Below are positions 24,573 through 38,215 of a DNA stretch of 64,000 nt, piece by piece. Numbering within the stretch: the stretch's first letter is position 1; each line of letters begins with the position of its first letter. A program made the position numbers and the translations under genes. Location: contig NIVC01000420.1 of NCBI GenBank assembly GCA_002269645.1, positions 248,001 to 312,000 of the forward strand, given 5' to 3'. The stretch is from Macrostomum lignano (lineage: Eukaryota). The notes below the pieces were generated by a model, which had not been told where the DNA came from, ran no database searches, and saw only the letters and a list, made by a program, of their open reading frames with translations.

Positions 24573-25070
24573 CTATGGCGGCTGCTGCTGTGCCGACTGT
24601 GGCTGTGACGGTGCTACAAGGTCGTTTACGTTGATACCAGCATCCTCGTGCTCGTCGACAAACTTGCGCCACTCAGCTTGGTCAGTTGGATACAGGTGTA
24701 CAACCACAAAGTTGGTGAATATCTCGTGATAGCTTCTAGCTGTGTCGATGTGAATACTCAGTCTCGGACTCGGAATGGTGAACTCGAATTCGGGGTTCTG
24801 CTGCTGCGCCTCTTTGAAGTATTTCAGGCTAAGGCTCTGGACTTCGTTTTTTACGACAAAAACAGCCGGAGTTGCCACTTCGGAGAAGCCCCGGATCAGG
24901 CCTCTGGTCCTCAGGGGAGACAAAATCGAATGATGCCTCTTCGGTCTGATGCCAGGCATGCCCAGCGTCAACTTGAGTCCTACCGGTCTGAATCGGCCCA
25001 AATATTTGAATTTCCATTGAATATCTCTCGAAGAAACCTCGTCTAAATGCACTTCTTCTTGTTGGGCCAT
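24573..25070 (-). CDS. Single ORF of 165 aa, unknown function
   Basis: ATG start, non-repetitive, GC/CpG-rich relative to the flanks, protein-like composition with a Q/P-rich tail; no family recognised. Confidence 0.45.
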   Translation of the reverse strand: MAQQEEVHLDEVSSRDIQWKFKYLGRFRPVGLKLTLGMPGIRPKRHHSILSPLRTRGLIRGFSEVATPAVFVVKNEVQSLSLKYFKEAQQQNPEFEFTIPSPRLSIHIDTARSYHEIFTNFVVVHLYPTDQAEWRKFVDEHEDAGINVNDLVAPSQPQSAQQQPP

Positions 25071-25639
25071 CTACGAGCGTATCTACTAGTTTAAAGACGC
25101 ACTGGCGTTATAGCTGTCCTTCAGAACAATGAGGTTTTGGGTTTAGGTCCTTTTCTTAACGCGCTGGTTTGTTCACTTTTAAATAGTCTGACTTCAACTA
25201 GAACCCTTCATATGCAATGCATGTACATTGTGCAGATGGGAGTTTAGTACAAAAGCGCTTGAGGGGTTTTGGTTTTGGGGGGGGGGTGCCGAGAGTTTCA
25301 TCGATTTTTCTAACCCCCACCATACCCTCTCTATTGTTAACCAAACCGAACGCCGCCGCCTGGGGATGGGTGGCCGAGGCGTCTGATCCCCCACTGACTA
25401 ATTCCCCACTATGCCGAAAGCAGTCCAGTAGCCAGTTCAGATGGAACCGAGAGGGATCATTGTGTTGTGACTCAGTGACTCCCACATAAACCCGAACACT
25501 TCTGTTCTGAAATAGTGGGCCAGAATGAGGTTGGGCCGCTTCACAGGACAGGAAATTCACATCCTAAACAAAACATTATCCGCAAAATATGCCAAAATCT
25601 AATCTGAAGTTTTTTGGATTCAGCCTCAGTCTGACCTAC

Positions 25640-25910
25640 TAGATCTAATCTGGCGCTTATTAAATCCAATCTGGAGCTTGTTAGATCCAATGTGGCGCTT
25701 ATATTAGATCCAATTTGGCGCTTATTAAATCCAATCTGGAGCTTATTAGATCCAATGTGGCGCTTATTAGATCAAATGCGGTGCTTATTAGATCCAATCT
25801 GGCGCTTATGAGATCCAATCTGGATCTGGCGTCAGTTAGATCAAATCTGGCGCTTATTAGATCAAATCTGGCGCTTATTAGATCCAATCTGGTGCTTATT
25901 AGATCCAATC
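25640..25910. repeat. 21-bp tandem repeat TTATTAGATCCAATCTGGCGC
   Basis: About 12 copies. Confidence 0.9.
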
Positions 25911-27818
25911 ATGAGAGACAATTTAGAGAGGTTGATCAAGCTTGATCACGAATGACCAACTGTACTAGCTCGAATGGCTATTTTATGAAAGCCACAAAAA
26001 TTGCATGAAAAAAATTACGCATCCAATTTCGTTATCGGATTTTTGAGTTTAAAATCACTTTATTGTTACTTACAGTAGAGTAGCGTGATTGCACTACTGC
26101 GACTTTTTGGTGGTGAAACTGCGTGGCTCCAGATTACAAAGGTAGTTTAGTTCTGCAGGAAAGACTTTAATATCTGACTTTCAGTTGGATTGTAGTGAAA
26201 AGGGGGTGGCATGGGAGGCTGTTTTGGGTTGCATGTGGTTACTGTGGTTACTGTAGGTAAATTTCTGATAAAATTTGTACATTGAGGGAAAGAATTAGGA
26301 GAATTTGGGATAGCATTAGGAGAATTTATAGGGGCATTTATTGATATATTGATAGCTTTATTGATAAAGCTTTGAAAGCTTTGACATCTCTGCCAAGTGT
26401 CCACCTTCTGTACGTCGCATTGTTCTCAAACAATCAAAATCTTCTATTCCTTTCCTTCGATACTCGACGTGCTCACAGCAGGATTTCGTGACTCATCGGA
26501 CAATATCCACATCATCATCATATGATGACCGAGACGTACCTGAGCGATAGGAGCTCGGCCATCGGAGCGTACGTGCTGCAGCATATACTGTATGGGACAG
26601 TCCATCTGTTCGTTTAATCCCACATCCTATGACTGGCTTCAATATGTCGCGGGGAACGCGGCCTATTTCGGGAAAATGTTTACCCATTCTCGCCCTCTCT
26701 TGCCCACTCGCTCGTTCATTGCGAAATCCAAGATGATTTTGCAATCGAACCGGGAATTCATTCCCTGAGCTGAAGCTCTCCATGGCTTGATTCTGTGGAG
26801 GAGACAGAAGTCCCTGCGAGAGAGCTGTTCAGGGCCGCACTCAAGGACGTAACTGATCTCGTGTTTTGTGGAAAATTATTTGAAGGCTCACGAATACATT
26901 TTGATCTAAGATATTATAGACGAATTCCTGTGGAAAATTTGTCAATTGGCATTTGTTATTTGTCACCTGGATACAAAAAATACTCAAAAGATTACTTTGA
27001 AATTTTATGTCGCATTTCATGTAACAATTTATGCCCAATGTTTTAATACAGCATCATTTACACCAGTTAATTTTAGGCAACGGATCCGGAGTTTAATGAA
27101 TTCGTTGTGGAAGACAATCAATCAGTGTACGAGCTCGTTTGTCAGGGTGCCCGCAGCCCTCCTGAAGTTATTAAATTATCACTGTACTAAACCCTCCACC
27201 TCCATCTGGCTTTTTATGCCTTACTCTTCCTCCACTTTTACCCTATACCACTCTGTATACGTTTCCGCCATTCTCTGTGCCCCTAATTCAGGCATACGAC
27301 TTTAATATTTTTAATGCACTAAATACCAGCTAAAATCCGCATAAAATTCGTGCACTTTTAACGACTGAACTGCCGAAAACCAGCATAATCGGCTCACAAA
27401 ACCCTGTAACTTTCAGATGCGAGCATCCACAGCGCCCATCAATTTTTATAAAATAATTAAACAATGTCAGAGTTAACTCTCTGCCTTGGGGATTAACTTG
27501 GGGATTAGGAGAGGCAGAATTTAGCCAGGATTTTCTATATTAGATGGCTCAGCTTCCTTGACGCTCGTGTACGAGTATGATTTTATTTACGACAAACTGC
27601 AGAGAAGATTACTTTTGAGCTGTAAAAAAACAAAAACCTTAATCCAGCGACTTGGCGAGCGTCTGGCATGGATTAATATGACTTACTGCTGCCTCCCTGC
27701 CCTCACTTCCTGATCAGGAAGAGAGCGGGATCTGCCCTCACTTCCTCACTTTGTTGCACCCCCTGACTTCTCACTTCCAGTCTAGATTTCCATCATACTA
27801 TCACGAAAAATGAAAAAC

Positions 27819-28186
27819 CAGTGGCGTATACAAAGCGGGGCACAACAAAATACAACAACATATGACAGGGGCGCCATACAAGAGACAGGGCCGCCCACCA
27901 AGAGGCAGGGGCCGCCCACCAAGAGGCAGGGGGCGCTCACCAAGATACAGGGGTGCCCACCAAGAGACCGGGGCGCTCACCAAGAGGCAGGGGCCCCCAC
28001 AAAAGACAGGGGCGCCCAACAAGAGACAGAGGGTGCCCATTAAGAGACAGGGGCTACCATTTACAGGGGCGCCCACCAAGAGACCGGGGCGCTTACCAAG
28101 AGGCGGGGGCGCCCAACAAGAGACCAAATATTGGCGCCCCTTACGGCTTCGGCCCCCTCTTGTTAAAATTCCCATGTACGCCACTT
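27819..28186. mobile_element. Possible MITE with short TIRs (CAGTGGCGTA / TACGCCACTT) and internal GGGGCGCCC subrepeats
   Basis: 9-bp perfect inverted match at the ends; internal ~20-bp AAGAGACAGGGGCGCCCACC repeats; no TSD seen. Confidence 0.45.
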
Positions 28187-28471
28187 TAATACGTTTGTAA
28201 ATGTATTTTTATCCGGTTTTAAGAAAAATTTTCCAACAGAAACAGAGCGGATTCTGAAGAATTTTTTGCCGGAACAATAATTATTTGAAGGCTGGCAAAG
28301 GAAATCGATTTCAGATAATGAGTAGTGCTCAAGCTACCTTGCTATATACTACAGTACGTATACGTACATTCATGGACTTCAAGTGCGACCATTCCCTCCT
28401 CCAACTCTGGAGGTGTGACCATTATTCGTCGTTTGAAAATAAATAAATATCCATCCGCCCAACTAGTGACT

Positions 28472-28700
28472 ATGGCCCTCTCGGGTCATGGCTGTTTTCC
28501 AGGCATCGTCACCTCCAAGGGAAATTCCGTAGGGAGGAATGCCCATTCTGCCTCTCCGATGTTGAGAGTGGGGAGCAATTTATCTTTACTCAGGACAGGC
28601 TCACACCTACCTCGGCCCAAACCCGGACCTCTCCGACGTTTTCAGGCCCCAGAATATCTGCCAGCTCGTCCGCTACCTAAGGACCACCGGGCGGGCGATC
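28472..28700 (+). mobile_element. 5'-truncated non-LTR retrotransposon (LINE) ORF2 C-terminal zinc-knuckle fragment
   Basis: With one frameshift: [38 protein letters not shown], and later [21 protein letters not shown]. This matches the L(T/S)GHG.F...C..C...E...H.IF.C...L..FL..TG end of R1/I-type ORF2. Confidence 0.7.
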
Positions 28701-28964
28701 ATCCACCTCCTGGCCTCTCCGGAGGGGGACCTCGCTGCGGACACCGGCACCACCGGATCTCCCAGCGCGACACCGCAGCACCAGCTGCCCGAGGTCGCCA
28801 GGCGTTAGCGGAATGGACGGCAACGCTTCCCCGCGGAATCCGGATGCCTGGAACCCCTGCAGCTGAGTCAAAGTAAGTCAAACTTTCGTCCCAGCACACT
28901 CCGCGGCTTCTTACTTTTAGTAACTACAGTATACAAAGTAACTTGATGCTATATGTATAATTGA

Positions 28965-31900
28965 TGTGTCAGGAGAGGGTTGAGGTGTCAGGAGAGGGTT
29001 GAGGTGTCAGGAGAGGGCTGAGGTGTCAGGAGAGGGTTGAGGTGTCAGGAGAGGGTTGAGGTGTCAGAGAGGGTTGAGGTGTCAGGAGAGGGTTGAGGTG
29101 TCAGGAGAGGGTTGAGGCGTCAGGAGAGGGTTGAGGCGTCAGGAGAGGGTTGAGGTGTCAGGAGAGTATGAGTGACAGGAGAATATGGGTATCAGGAGAG
29201 TATGATTGTCAGGAGAGTATGGTTGTCAGGAGAGTATGGTTGTCAGGAGAGTATGGGTGTCAGGAGAATATGGGTGTCAGGAGAGTACGGGTGTCAGGAG
29301 AGTATGGTTGTCATGAGAGTATGGGTGTCAAGAGAATATGGGTGTCAGGAGAGTACGGGTGTCAGGAGAGTATGGGTGTCAGGAGAGTACGGGTGTCAGG
29401 AGAGTATGGTTGTCAGGAGAGTATGGGTGTCAAGAGAATATGGGTGTCAGGAGAGTACGGGTGTCAGGAGAGTATGGTTGTCAGGAGAGTATGGGTGTCA
29501 GGAGAGTATGGTTGTCAGGAGAGTATGGGTGTCGGGAGAATATGGGTGTCAGGAGAGTACGGGTGTCAGGAGAGTATGGGTGTCAGGAGAGTATGGGTGT
29601 CAGGAGTGTACGGGTGTCAGGAGAGTATGGTTGTCAGGAGAGTATGGGTGTCAGGAGAATATGGGTGTCAGGAGAGTACGGGTGTCAGGAGAGTATGGGT
29701 GTCAGGAGAATATGGGTGTCAGGAGAGTACGGGTGTCAGGAGAGTATGGTTGTCAGGAGAGTACGGGTGTAAGGAGAGTATGGTAGTCAGGAGAGTACGG
29801 GTGTCAGGAGAATATGGGTGTCAGGAGAGTATGGGTGTCAGGAGAATATGGGTGTCAGGAGAGTACGGGTGTCAGGAGAGTATGGTTGTCAGGAGAGTAT
29901 GGGTGTCAGGAGAATATGGGTGTCAGGAGAGTACGGGTGTCAGGAGAGTATGGTTGTCATGAGAGTATGGGTGTCAAGAGAATATGGGTGTCAGGAGAGT
30001 ACGGGTGTCAGGAGAGTATGGTTGTCAGGAGAGTACGGGTGTCAGGAGAGTATGGTTGTCAGGAGAGTATGGGTGTCAGGAGAATATGGGTGTCAGGAGA
30101 GTACGGGTGTCAGGAGAGTATGGGTGTCAGGAGAGTATGGGTGTCAGGAGAGTATGGTTGTCAGGAGAGTATGGGTGTCGGAGAATATGGGTGTCAGGAG
30201 AGTACGGGTGTCAGGAGAGTATGGTTGTCATGAGAGTATGGGTGTCAAGAGAATATGGGTGTCGGGTGTCAGGAGAGTATGGTTGTCAGGAGAGTATGGT
30301 TGTCAGGAGAGTATGGGTGTCAGGAGAGTATGGGTGTCAGGAGAGTACGGGTGTCAGGAGAGTATGGTTGTCAGGAGAGTATGGGTGTCAGGAGAATATG
30401 GGTGTCAGGAGAGTACGGGTGTCAGGAGAGTATGGGTGTCAGGAGAATATGGGTGTCAGGAGAGTACGGGTGTCAGGAGAGTATGGTTGTCAGGAGAGTA
30501 CGGGTGTCAGGAGAGTATGGTAGTCAGGAGAGTACGGGTGTCAGGAGAATATGGGTGTCAGGAGAGTATGGGTGTCAGGAGAATATGGGTGTCAGGAGAG
30601 TACGGGTGTCAGGAGAGTATGGTTGTCAGGAGAGTATGGGTGTCAGGAGAATATGGGTGTCAGGAGAGTACGGGTGTCAGGAGAGTATGGTTGTCATGAG
30701 AGTATGGGTGTCAAGAGAATATGGGTGTCAGGAGAGTACGGGTGTCAGGAGAGTATGGTTGTCAGGAGAGTACGGGTGTCAGGAGAGTATGGTTGTCAGG
30801 AGAGTATGGGTGTCAGGAGAATATGGGTGTCAGGAGAGTACGGGTGTCAGGAGAGTATGGGTGTCAGGAGAGTATGGGTGTCAGGAGAGTATGGTTGTCA
30901 GGAGAGTATGGGTGTCAGGAGAATATGGGTGTCAGGAGAGTATGGATGTCAGGAGAATATGGGTGTCAGGAGAGTACGGGTGTCAGGAGAGTATGGTTGT
31001 CAGGAGAGTATGGGTGTCAGGAGAATATGGGTGTCAGGAGAGTACGGGTGTCAGGAGAGTATGGTTGTCATGAGAGTATGGGTGTCAAGAGAATATGGGT
31101 GTCGGGTGTCAGGAGAGTATGGTTGTCAGGAGAGTATGGTTGTCATGAGAGTATGGGTGTCAGGAGAGTATGGGTGTCAGGAGAGTACGGGTGTCAGGAG
31201 AGTATGGTTGTCAGGAGAGTATGGGTGTCAGGAGAATATGGGTGTCAGGAGAGTACGGGTGTCAGGAGAGTATGGGTGTCAGGAGAATATGGGTGTCAGG
31301 AGAGTACGGGTGTCAGGAGAGTATGGTTGTCAGGAGAGTACGGGTGTCAGGAGAGTATGGTAGTCAGGAGAGTACGGGTGTCAGGAGAATATGGGTGTCA
31401 GGAGAGTATGGGTGTCAGGAGAGTACGGGTGTCAGGAGAGTATGGTTGTCAGGAGAGTATGGGTGTCAGGAGAATATGGGTGTCAGGAGAGTATGGATGT
31501 CAGGAGAATATGGGTGTCAGGAGAGTACGGGTGTCAGGAGAGTATGGTTGTCAGGAGAGTATGGGTGTCAGGAGAATATGGGTGTCAGGAGAGTATGGTT
31601 GTCAGGAGAGTATGGTTGTCAGGAGAGTATGGGTGTCAGGAGAGTATGGGTGTCAGGAGAATATGGGTGTCAGGAGAGTACGGGTGTCAGGAGAGTATGG
31701 TTGTCAGGAGAGTACGGGTGTCAGGAGAGTATGGTAGTCAGGAGAGTACGGGTGTCAGGAGAGTATGGTTGTCAGGAGAGTATGGGTGTCAAGAGAATAT
31801 GGGTGTCAGGAGAGTATGGTTGTCAGGAGAGTATGGGTGTCAGGAGAATATGGTTGTCAGGAGAGTATGGTTGTCAGGAGAATATGGGTGTCAGGAGAGT

Positions 31901-34900
31901 ACGGGTGTCAGGAGAGTATGGTTGTCAGGAGAGTATGGGTGTCAGGAGAATATGGGTGTCAGGAGAGTATGGTTGTCAGGAGAGTACGGGTGTCAGGAGA
32001 GTATGGGTGTCAGGAGAGTATGGGTGTCAGGAGAATATGGGTGTCAGGAGAGTACGGGTGTCAGGAGAGTATGGTTGTCAGGAGAGTATGGGTGTCAGGA
32101 GAATATGGGTGTCAGGAGAGTATGGTTGTCAGGAGAGTATGGGTGTCAGGAGAATATGGGTGTCAGGAGAGTATGGGTGTCAGGAGAATATGGGTGTCAG
32201 GAGAGTATGGGTGTCAGGAGAATATGGGTGTCAGGAGAGTACGGGTGTCAGGAGAGTATGGTTGTCAGGAGAGTATGGGTGTCAGGAGAATATGGGTGTC
32301 AGGAGAGTACGGGTGTCAGGAGAGAACTGAGGTGTCAGGAGGAACTGAGGTGTCAGGAGATATGGGTGTCAGGAGAGAACTGAGGTGTCAGCTGAGTATG
32401 GGTGTCAGGAGAGAACTGAGGTGTCAGGAAAGTATGGGTGTCAGGAGAGTATGGGTGTCAGGAGAGAGTATGGGTGTCTGGAGAGTACGTGTGTCAGAAG
32501 ATAGTACGGGTGTCAGGAGAGTATGGGTGTCAGGAGAGAACTAAGTTGTCAGGAGAGTACGGCTGTCAGGAGAGTACCGGTGTCAGGAGAGTTCGGGTGT
32601 CAGGAGAGTACGGGTGTCAGGAGAGTACGGGTGTCAGGAGAGTATGGGTGTCAGGAGAGTATGGTTGTCAGGAGAGTATGGGTGTCAGGAGAATATGGGT
32701 GTCAGGAGAGTATGGATGTCAGGAGAATATGGGTGTCAGGAGAGTACGGGTGTCAGGAGAGTATGGTTGTCAGGAGAGTATGGGTGTCAGGAGAATATGG
32801 TGTCAGGAGAGTACGGGTGTCAGGAGAGTATGGTTGTCATGAGAGTATGGGTGTCAAGAGAATATGGGTGTCGGGTGTCAGGAGAGTATGGTTGTCAGGA
32901 GAGTATGGTTGTCAGGAGAGTATGGGTGTCAGGAGAGTATGGGTGTCAGGAGAGTACGGGTGTCAGGAGAGTATGGTTGTCAGGAGAGTATGGGTGTCAG
33001 GAGAATATGGGTGTCAGGAGAGTACGGGTGTCAGGAGAGTATGGGTGTCAGGAGAATATGGGTGTCAGGAGAGTACGGGTGTCAGGAGAGTATGGTTGTC
33101 AGGAGAGTACGGGTGTCAGGAGAGTATGGTAGTCAGGAGAGTACGGGTGTCAGGAGAATATGGGTGTCAGGAGAATATGGGTGTCAGGAGAGTACGGGTG
33201 TCAGGAGAGTATGGGTGTCAGGAGAGTATGGGTGTCAGGAGAATATGGGTGTCAGGAGAGTATGGATGTCAGGAGAATATGGGTGTCAGGAGAGTACGGG
33301 TGTCAGGAGAGTATGGTTGTCAGGAGAGTATGGGTGTCAGGAGAATATGGGTGTCAGGAGAGTATGGTTGTCAGGAGAGTATGGTTGTCAGGAGAGTATG
33401 GGTGTCAGGAGAGTATGGTTGTCAGGAGAGTATGGTAGTCAGGAGAGTATGGGTGTCAGGAGAATATGGGTGTCAGGAGAGTACGGGTGTCAGGAGAGTA
33501 TGGTTGTCAGGAGAGTACGGGTGTCAGGAGAGTATGGTAGTCAGGAGAGTACGGGTGTCAGGAGAGTATGGTTGTCAGGAGAGTATGGGTGTCAAGAGAA
33601 TATGGGTGTCAGGAGAGTATGGTTGTCAGGAGAGTATGGGTGTCAGGAGAATATGGGTGTCAGGAGAGTATGGTTGTCAGGAGAATATGGGTGTCAGGAG
33701 AGTACGGGTGTCAGGAGAGTATGGTTGTCAGGAGAGTATGGGTGTCAGGAGAATATGGGTGTCAGGAGAGTATGGTTGTCAGGAGAGTACGGGTGTCAGG
33801 AGAGTATGGGTGTCAGGAGAGTATGGGTGTCAGGAGAATATGGGTGTCAGGAGAGTACGGGTGTCAGGAGAGTATGGTTGTCAGGAGAGTATGGGTGTCA
33901 GGAGAATATGGGTGTCAGGAGAGTATGGTTGTCAGGAGAGTATGGGTGTCAGGAGAATATGGGTGTCAGGAGAGTATGGGTGTCAGGAGAATATGGGTGT
34001 CAGGAGAGTATGGGTGTCAGGAGAATATGGGTGTCAGGAGAGTACGGGTGTCAGGAGAGTATGGTTGTCAGGAGAGTATGGGTGTCAGGAGAATATGGGT
34101 GTCAGGAGAGTACGGGTGTCAGGAGAGAACTGAGGTGTCAGGAGGAACTGAGGTGTCAGGAGATATGGGTGTCAGGAGAGAACTGAGGTGTCAGGAAAGT
34201 ATGGGTGTCAGGAGAGTATGGGTGTCAGGAGAGAGTATGGGTGTCTGGAGAGTACGTGTGTCAGAAGATAGTACGGGTGTCAGGAGAGTATGGGTGTCAG
34301 GAGAGAACTAAGTTGTCAGGAGAGTACGGCTGTCAGGAGAGTACCGGTGTCAGGAGAGTTCGGGTGTCAGGAGAGTACGGGTGTCAGGAGAGTACGGGTG
34401 TCAGGAGAGTATGGGTGTCAGGAGAGTATGGTTGTCAGGAGAGTATGGGTGTCAGGAGAATATGGGTGTCAGGAGAGTATGGATGTCAGGAGAATATGGG
34501 TGTCAGGAGAGTACGGGTGTCAGGAGAGTATGGTTGTCAGGAGAGTATGGGTGTCAGGAGAATATGGGTGTCAGGAGAGTACGGGTGTCAGGAGAGTATG
34601 GTTGTCATGAGAGTATGGGTGTCAAGAGAATATGGGTGTCGGGTGTCAGGAGAGTATGGTTGTCAGGAGAGTATGGTTGTCAGGAGAGTATGGGTGTCAG
34701 GAGAGTATGGGTGTCAGGAGAGTACGGGTGTCAGGAGAGTATGGTGTTCAGGAGAGTATGGGTGTCAGGAGAATATGGGTGTCAGGAGAGTACGGGTGTC
34801 AGGAGAGTATGGTTGTCAGGAGAGTACGGGTGTCAGGAGAGTATGGTAGTCAGGAGAGTACGGGTGTCAGGAGAATATGGGTGTCAGGAGAGTATGGGTG

Positions 34901-37900
34901 TCAGGAGAGTACGGGTGTCAGGAGAGTATGGTTGTCAGGAGAGTATGGGTGTCAGGAGAATATGGGTGTCAGGAGAGTATGGATGTCAGGAGAATATGGG
35001 TGTCAGGAGAGTACGGGTGTCAGGAGAGTATGGTTGTCAGGAGAGTATGGGTGTCAGGAGAATATGGGTGTCAGGAGAGTATGGTTGTCAGGAGAGTATG
35101 GTTGTCAGGAGAGTATGGGTGTCAGGAGAGTATGGGTGTCAGGAGAATATGGGTGTCAGGAGAGTACGGGTGTCAGGAGAGTATGGTTGTCAGGAGAGTA
35201 CGGGTGTCAGGAGAGTATGGTAGTCAGGAGAGTACGAGTGTCAGGAGAGTATGGTTGTCAGGAGAGTATGGGTGTCAAGAGAATATGGGTGTCAGGAGAG
35301 TATGGTTGTCAGGAGAGTATGGGTGTCAGGAGAATATGGGTGTCAGGAGAGTATGGTTGTCAGGAGAATATGGGTGTCAGGAGAGTACGGTTGTCAGGAG
35401 AGTATGGTTGTCAGGAGAGTATGGGTGTCAGGAGAATATGGGTGTCAGGAGAGTATGTTTGTCAGGAGAGTACGGGTGTCAGGAGAGTATGGTTGTCATG
35501 AGAGTATGGGTGTCAAGAGAATATGGGTGTCAGGAGAGTACGGGTGTCAGGAGAGTATGGTTGTCAGGAGAGTACGGGTGTCAGGAGAGTATGGTTGTCA
35601 GGAGAGTATGGGTGTCAGGAGAATATGGGTGTCAGGAGAGTACGGGTGTCAGGAGAGTATGGGTGTCAGGAGAGTATGGGTGTCAGGAGAGTATGGTTGT
35701 CAGGAGAGTATGGGTGTCAGGAGAATATGGGTGTCAGGAGAGTACGGGTGTCAGGAGAGTATGGTTGTGAGGAGAGTATGGGTGTCAGGAGAATATGGGT
35801 GTCAGGAGAGTACGGGTGTCAGGAGAGTATGGTTGTCAGGAGAATATGGGTGTCAGGAGAGTACGGGTGTCAGGAGAGTATGGTTGTCATGAGAGTATGG
35901 GTGTCAAGAGAATATGGGTGTCAGGAGAGTACGGGTGTCAGGAGAGTATGGGTGTCAGGAGAGTACGGGTGTCAGGAGAGTATGGTTGTCAGGAGAGTAT
36001 GGGTGTCAAGAGAATATGGGTGTCAGGAGAGTACGGGTGTCAGGAGAGTATGGTTGTCAGGAGAGTATGGGTGTCAGGAGAGTATGGTTGTCAGGAGAGT
36101 ATGGGTGTCGGGAGAATATGGGTGTCAGGAGAGTACGGGTGTCAGGAGAGTATGGTTGTCATGAGAGTATGGGTGTCAAGAGAATATGGGTGTCGGGTGT
36201 CAGGAGAGTATGGTTGTCAGGAGAGTATGGTTGTCAGGAGAGTATGGGTGTCAGGAGAGTATGGGTGTCAGGAGAGTACGGGTGTCAGGAGAGTATGGTT
36301 GTCAGGAGAGTATGGGTGTCAGGAGAATATGGGTGTCAGGAGAGTACGGGTGTCAGGAGAGTATGGGTGTCAGGAGAATATGGGTGTCAGGAGAGTACGG
36401 GTGTCAGGAGAGTATGGTTGTCAGGAGAGTACGGGTGTCAGGAGAGTATGGTAGTCAGGAGAGTACGGGTGTCAGGAGAATATGGGTGTCAGGAGAGTAT
36501 GGGTGTCAGGAGAATATGGGTGTCAGGAGAGTACGGGTGTCAGGAGAGTATGGTTGTCAGGAGAGTATGGGTGTCAGGAGAATATGGGTGTCAGGAGAGT
36601 ACGGGTGTCAGGAGAGTATGGTTGTCATGAGAGTATGGGTGTCAAGAGAATATGGGTGTCAGGAGAGTACGGGTGTCAGGAGAGTATGGTTGTCAGGAGA
36701 GTACGGGTGTCAGGAGAGTATGGTTGTCAGGAGAGTACGGGTGTCAGGAGAGTATGGTTGTCAGGAGAGTACGGGTGTCAGGAGAGTATGGTAGTCAGGA
36801 GAGTACGGGTGTCAGGAGAATATGGGTGTCAGGAGAGTATGGGTGTCAGGAGAGTACGGGTGTCAGGAGAGTATGGTTGTCAGGAGAGTATGGGTGTCAG
36901 GAGAATATGGGTGTCAGGAGAGTATGGATGTCAGGAGAATATGGGTGTCAGGAGAGTACGGGTGTCAGGAGAGTATGGGTGTCAGGAGAGTATGGGTGTC
37001 AGGAGAATATGGGTGTCAGGAGAGTATGGTTGTCAGGAGAGTATGGTTGTCAGGAGAGTATGGTAGTCAGGAGAGTATGGGTGTCAGGAGAATATGGGTG
37101 TCAGGAGAGTACGGGTGTCAGGAGAGTATGGTTGTCAGGAGAGTACGGGTGTCAGGAGAGTATGGGTGTCAGGAGAGTACGGGTGTCAGGAGAGTATGGT
37201 TGTCAGGAGAGTATGGGTGTCAAGAGAATATGGGTGTCAGGAGAGTATGGTTGTCAGGAGAGTATGGGTGTCAGGAGAATATGGGTGTCAGGAGAGTATG
37301 GTTGTCAGGAGAATATGGGTGTCAGGAGAGTACGGGTGTCAGGAGAGTATGGTTGTCAGGAGAGTATGGGTGTCAGGAGAATATGGGTGTCAGGAGAGTA
37401 TGGTTGTCAGGAGAGTACGGGTGTCAGGAGAGTATGGGTGTCAGGAGAGTATGGGTGTCAGGAGAATATGGGTGTCAGGAGAGTACGGGTGTCAGGAGAG
37501 TATGGTTGTCAGGAGAGTATGGGTGTCAGGAGAATATGGGTGTCAGGAGAGTATGGTTGTCAGGAGAGTATGGGTGTCAGGAGAATATGGTTGTCAGGAG
37601 AGTATGGGTGTCAGGAGAATATGGGTGTCAGGAGAGTATGGGTGTCAGGAGAATATGGGTGTCAGGAGAGTACGGGTGTCAGGAGAGTATGGTTGTCAGG
37701 AGAGTATGGGTGTCAGGAGAATATGGGTGTCAGGAGAGTACGGGTGTCAGGAGAGAACTGAGGTGTCAGGAGGAACTGAGGTGTCAGGAGATATGGGTGT
37801 CAGGAGAGAACTGAGGTGTCAGCTGAGTATGGGTGTCAGGAGAGAACTGAGGTGTCAGGAAAGTATGGGTGTCAGGAGAGTATGGGTGTCAGGAGAGAGT

Positions 37901-38215
37901 ATGGGTGTCAGGAGAGAACTGAGGTGTCAGGAAAGTATGGGTGTCAGGAGAGTATGGGTGTCAGGAGAGAGTATGGGTGTCTGGAGAGTACGTGTGTCAG
38001 AAGATAGTACGGGTGTCAGGAGAGTATGGGTGTCAGGAGAGTACTAAGTTGTCAGGAGAGTACGGCTGTCAGGAGAGTACCGGTGTCAGGAGAGTTCGGG
38101 TGTCAGGAGAGTACGGGTGTCAGGAGAGTACGGGTGTCAGGAGAGTACGAGTGTCAGGAGAGTACGGGTGTCAGGAGAGTATGGTTGTCAGGAGAGTACG
38201 GGTGTCAGGAGAGTA
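28965..38215 (+). repeat. ~9.2 kb 17-bp minisatellite TGTCAGGAGAGTATGGG with variant units and higher-order repeats
   Basis: More than 500 units; variants end in TATGGT, TACGGG or AATATGGG; 19-bp GAGGGTTGAGG units at the left edge. Confidence 0.98.

Noticed and set aside
25699-25945. Heptad/leucine-zipper-like ORFs (LDLISAR)
   Set aside because: Translation of a 21-bp tandem repeat.
27706-27721. Perfect 16-bp palindrome CTTCCTGATCAGGAAG
   Set aside because: Single occurrence with no functional context; not distinguishable from chance or local repeat fold-back.
28965-38215. CRISPR-like repeat-spacer reading of this and the other arrays
   Set aside because: Units are contiguous with no unique spacers, there are no cas genes, and the context is eukaryotic.
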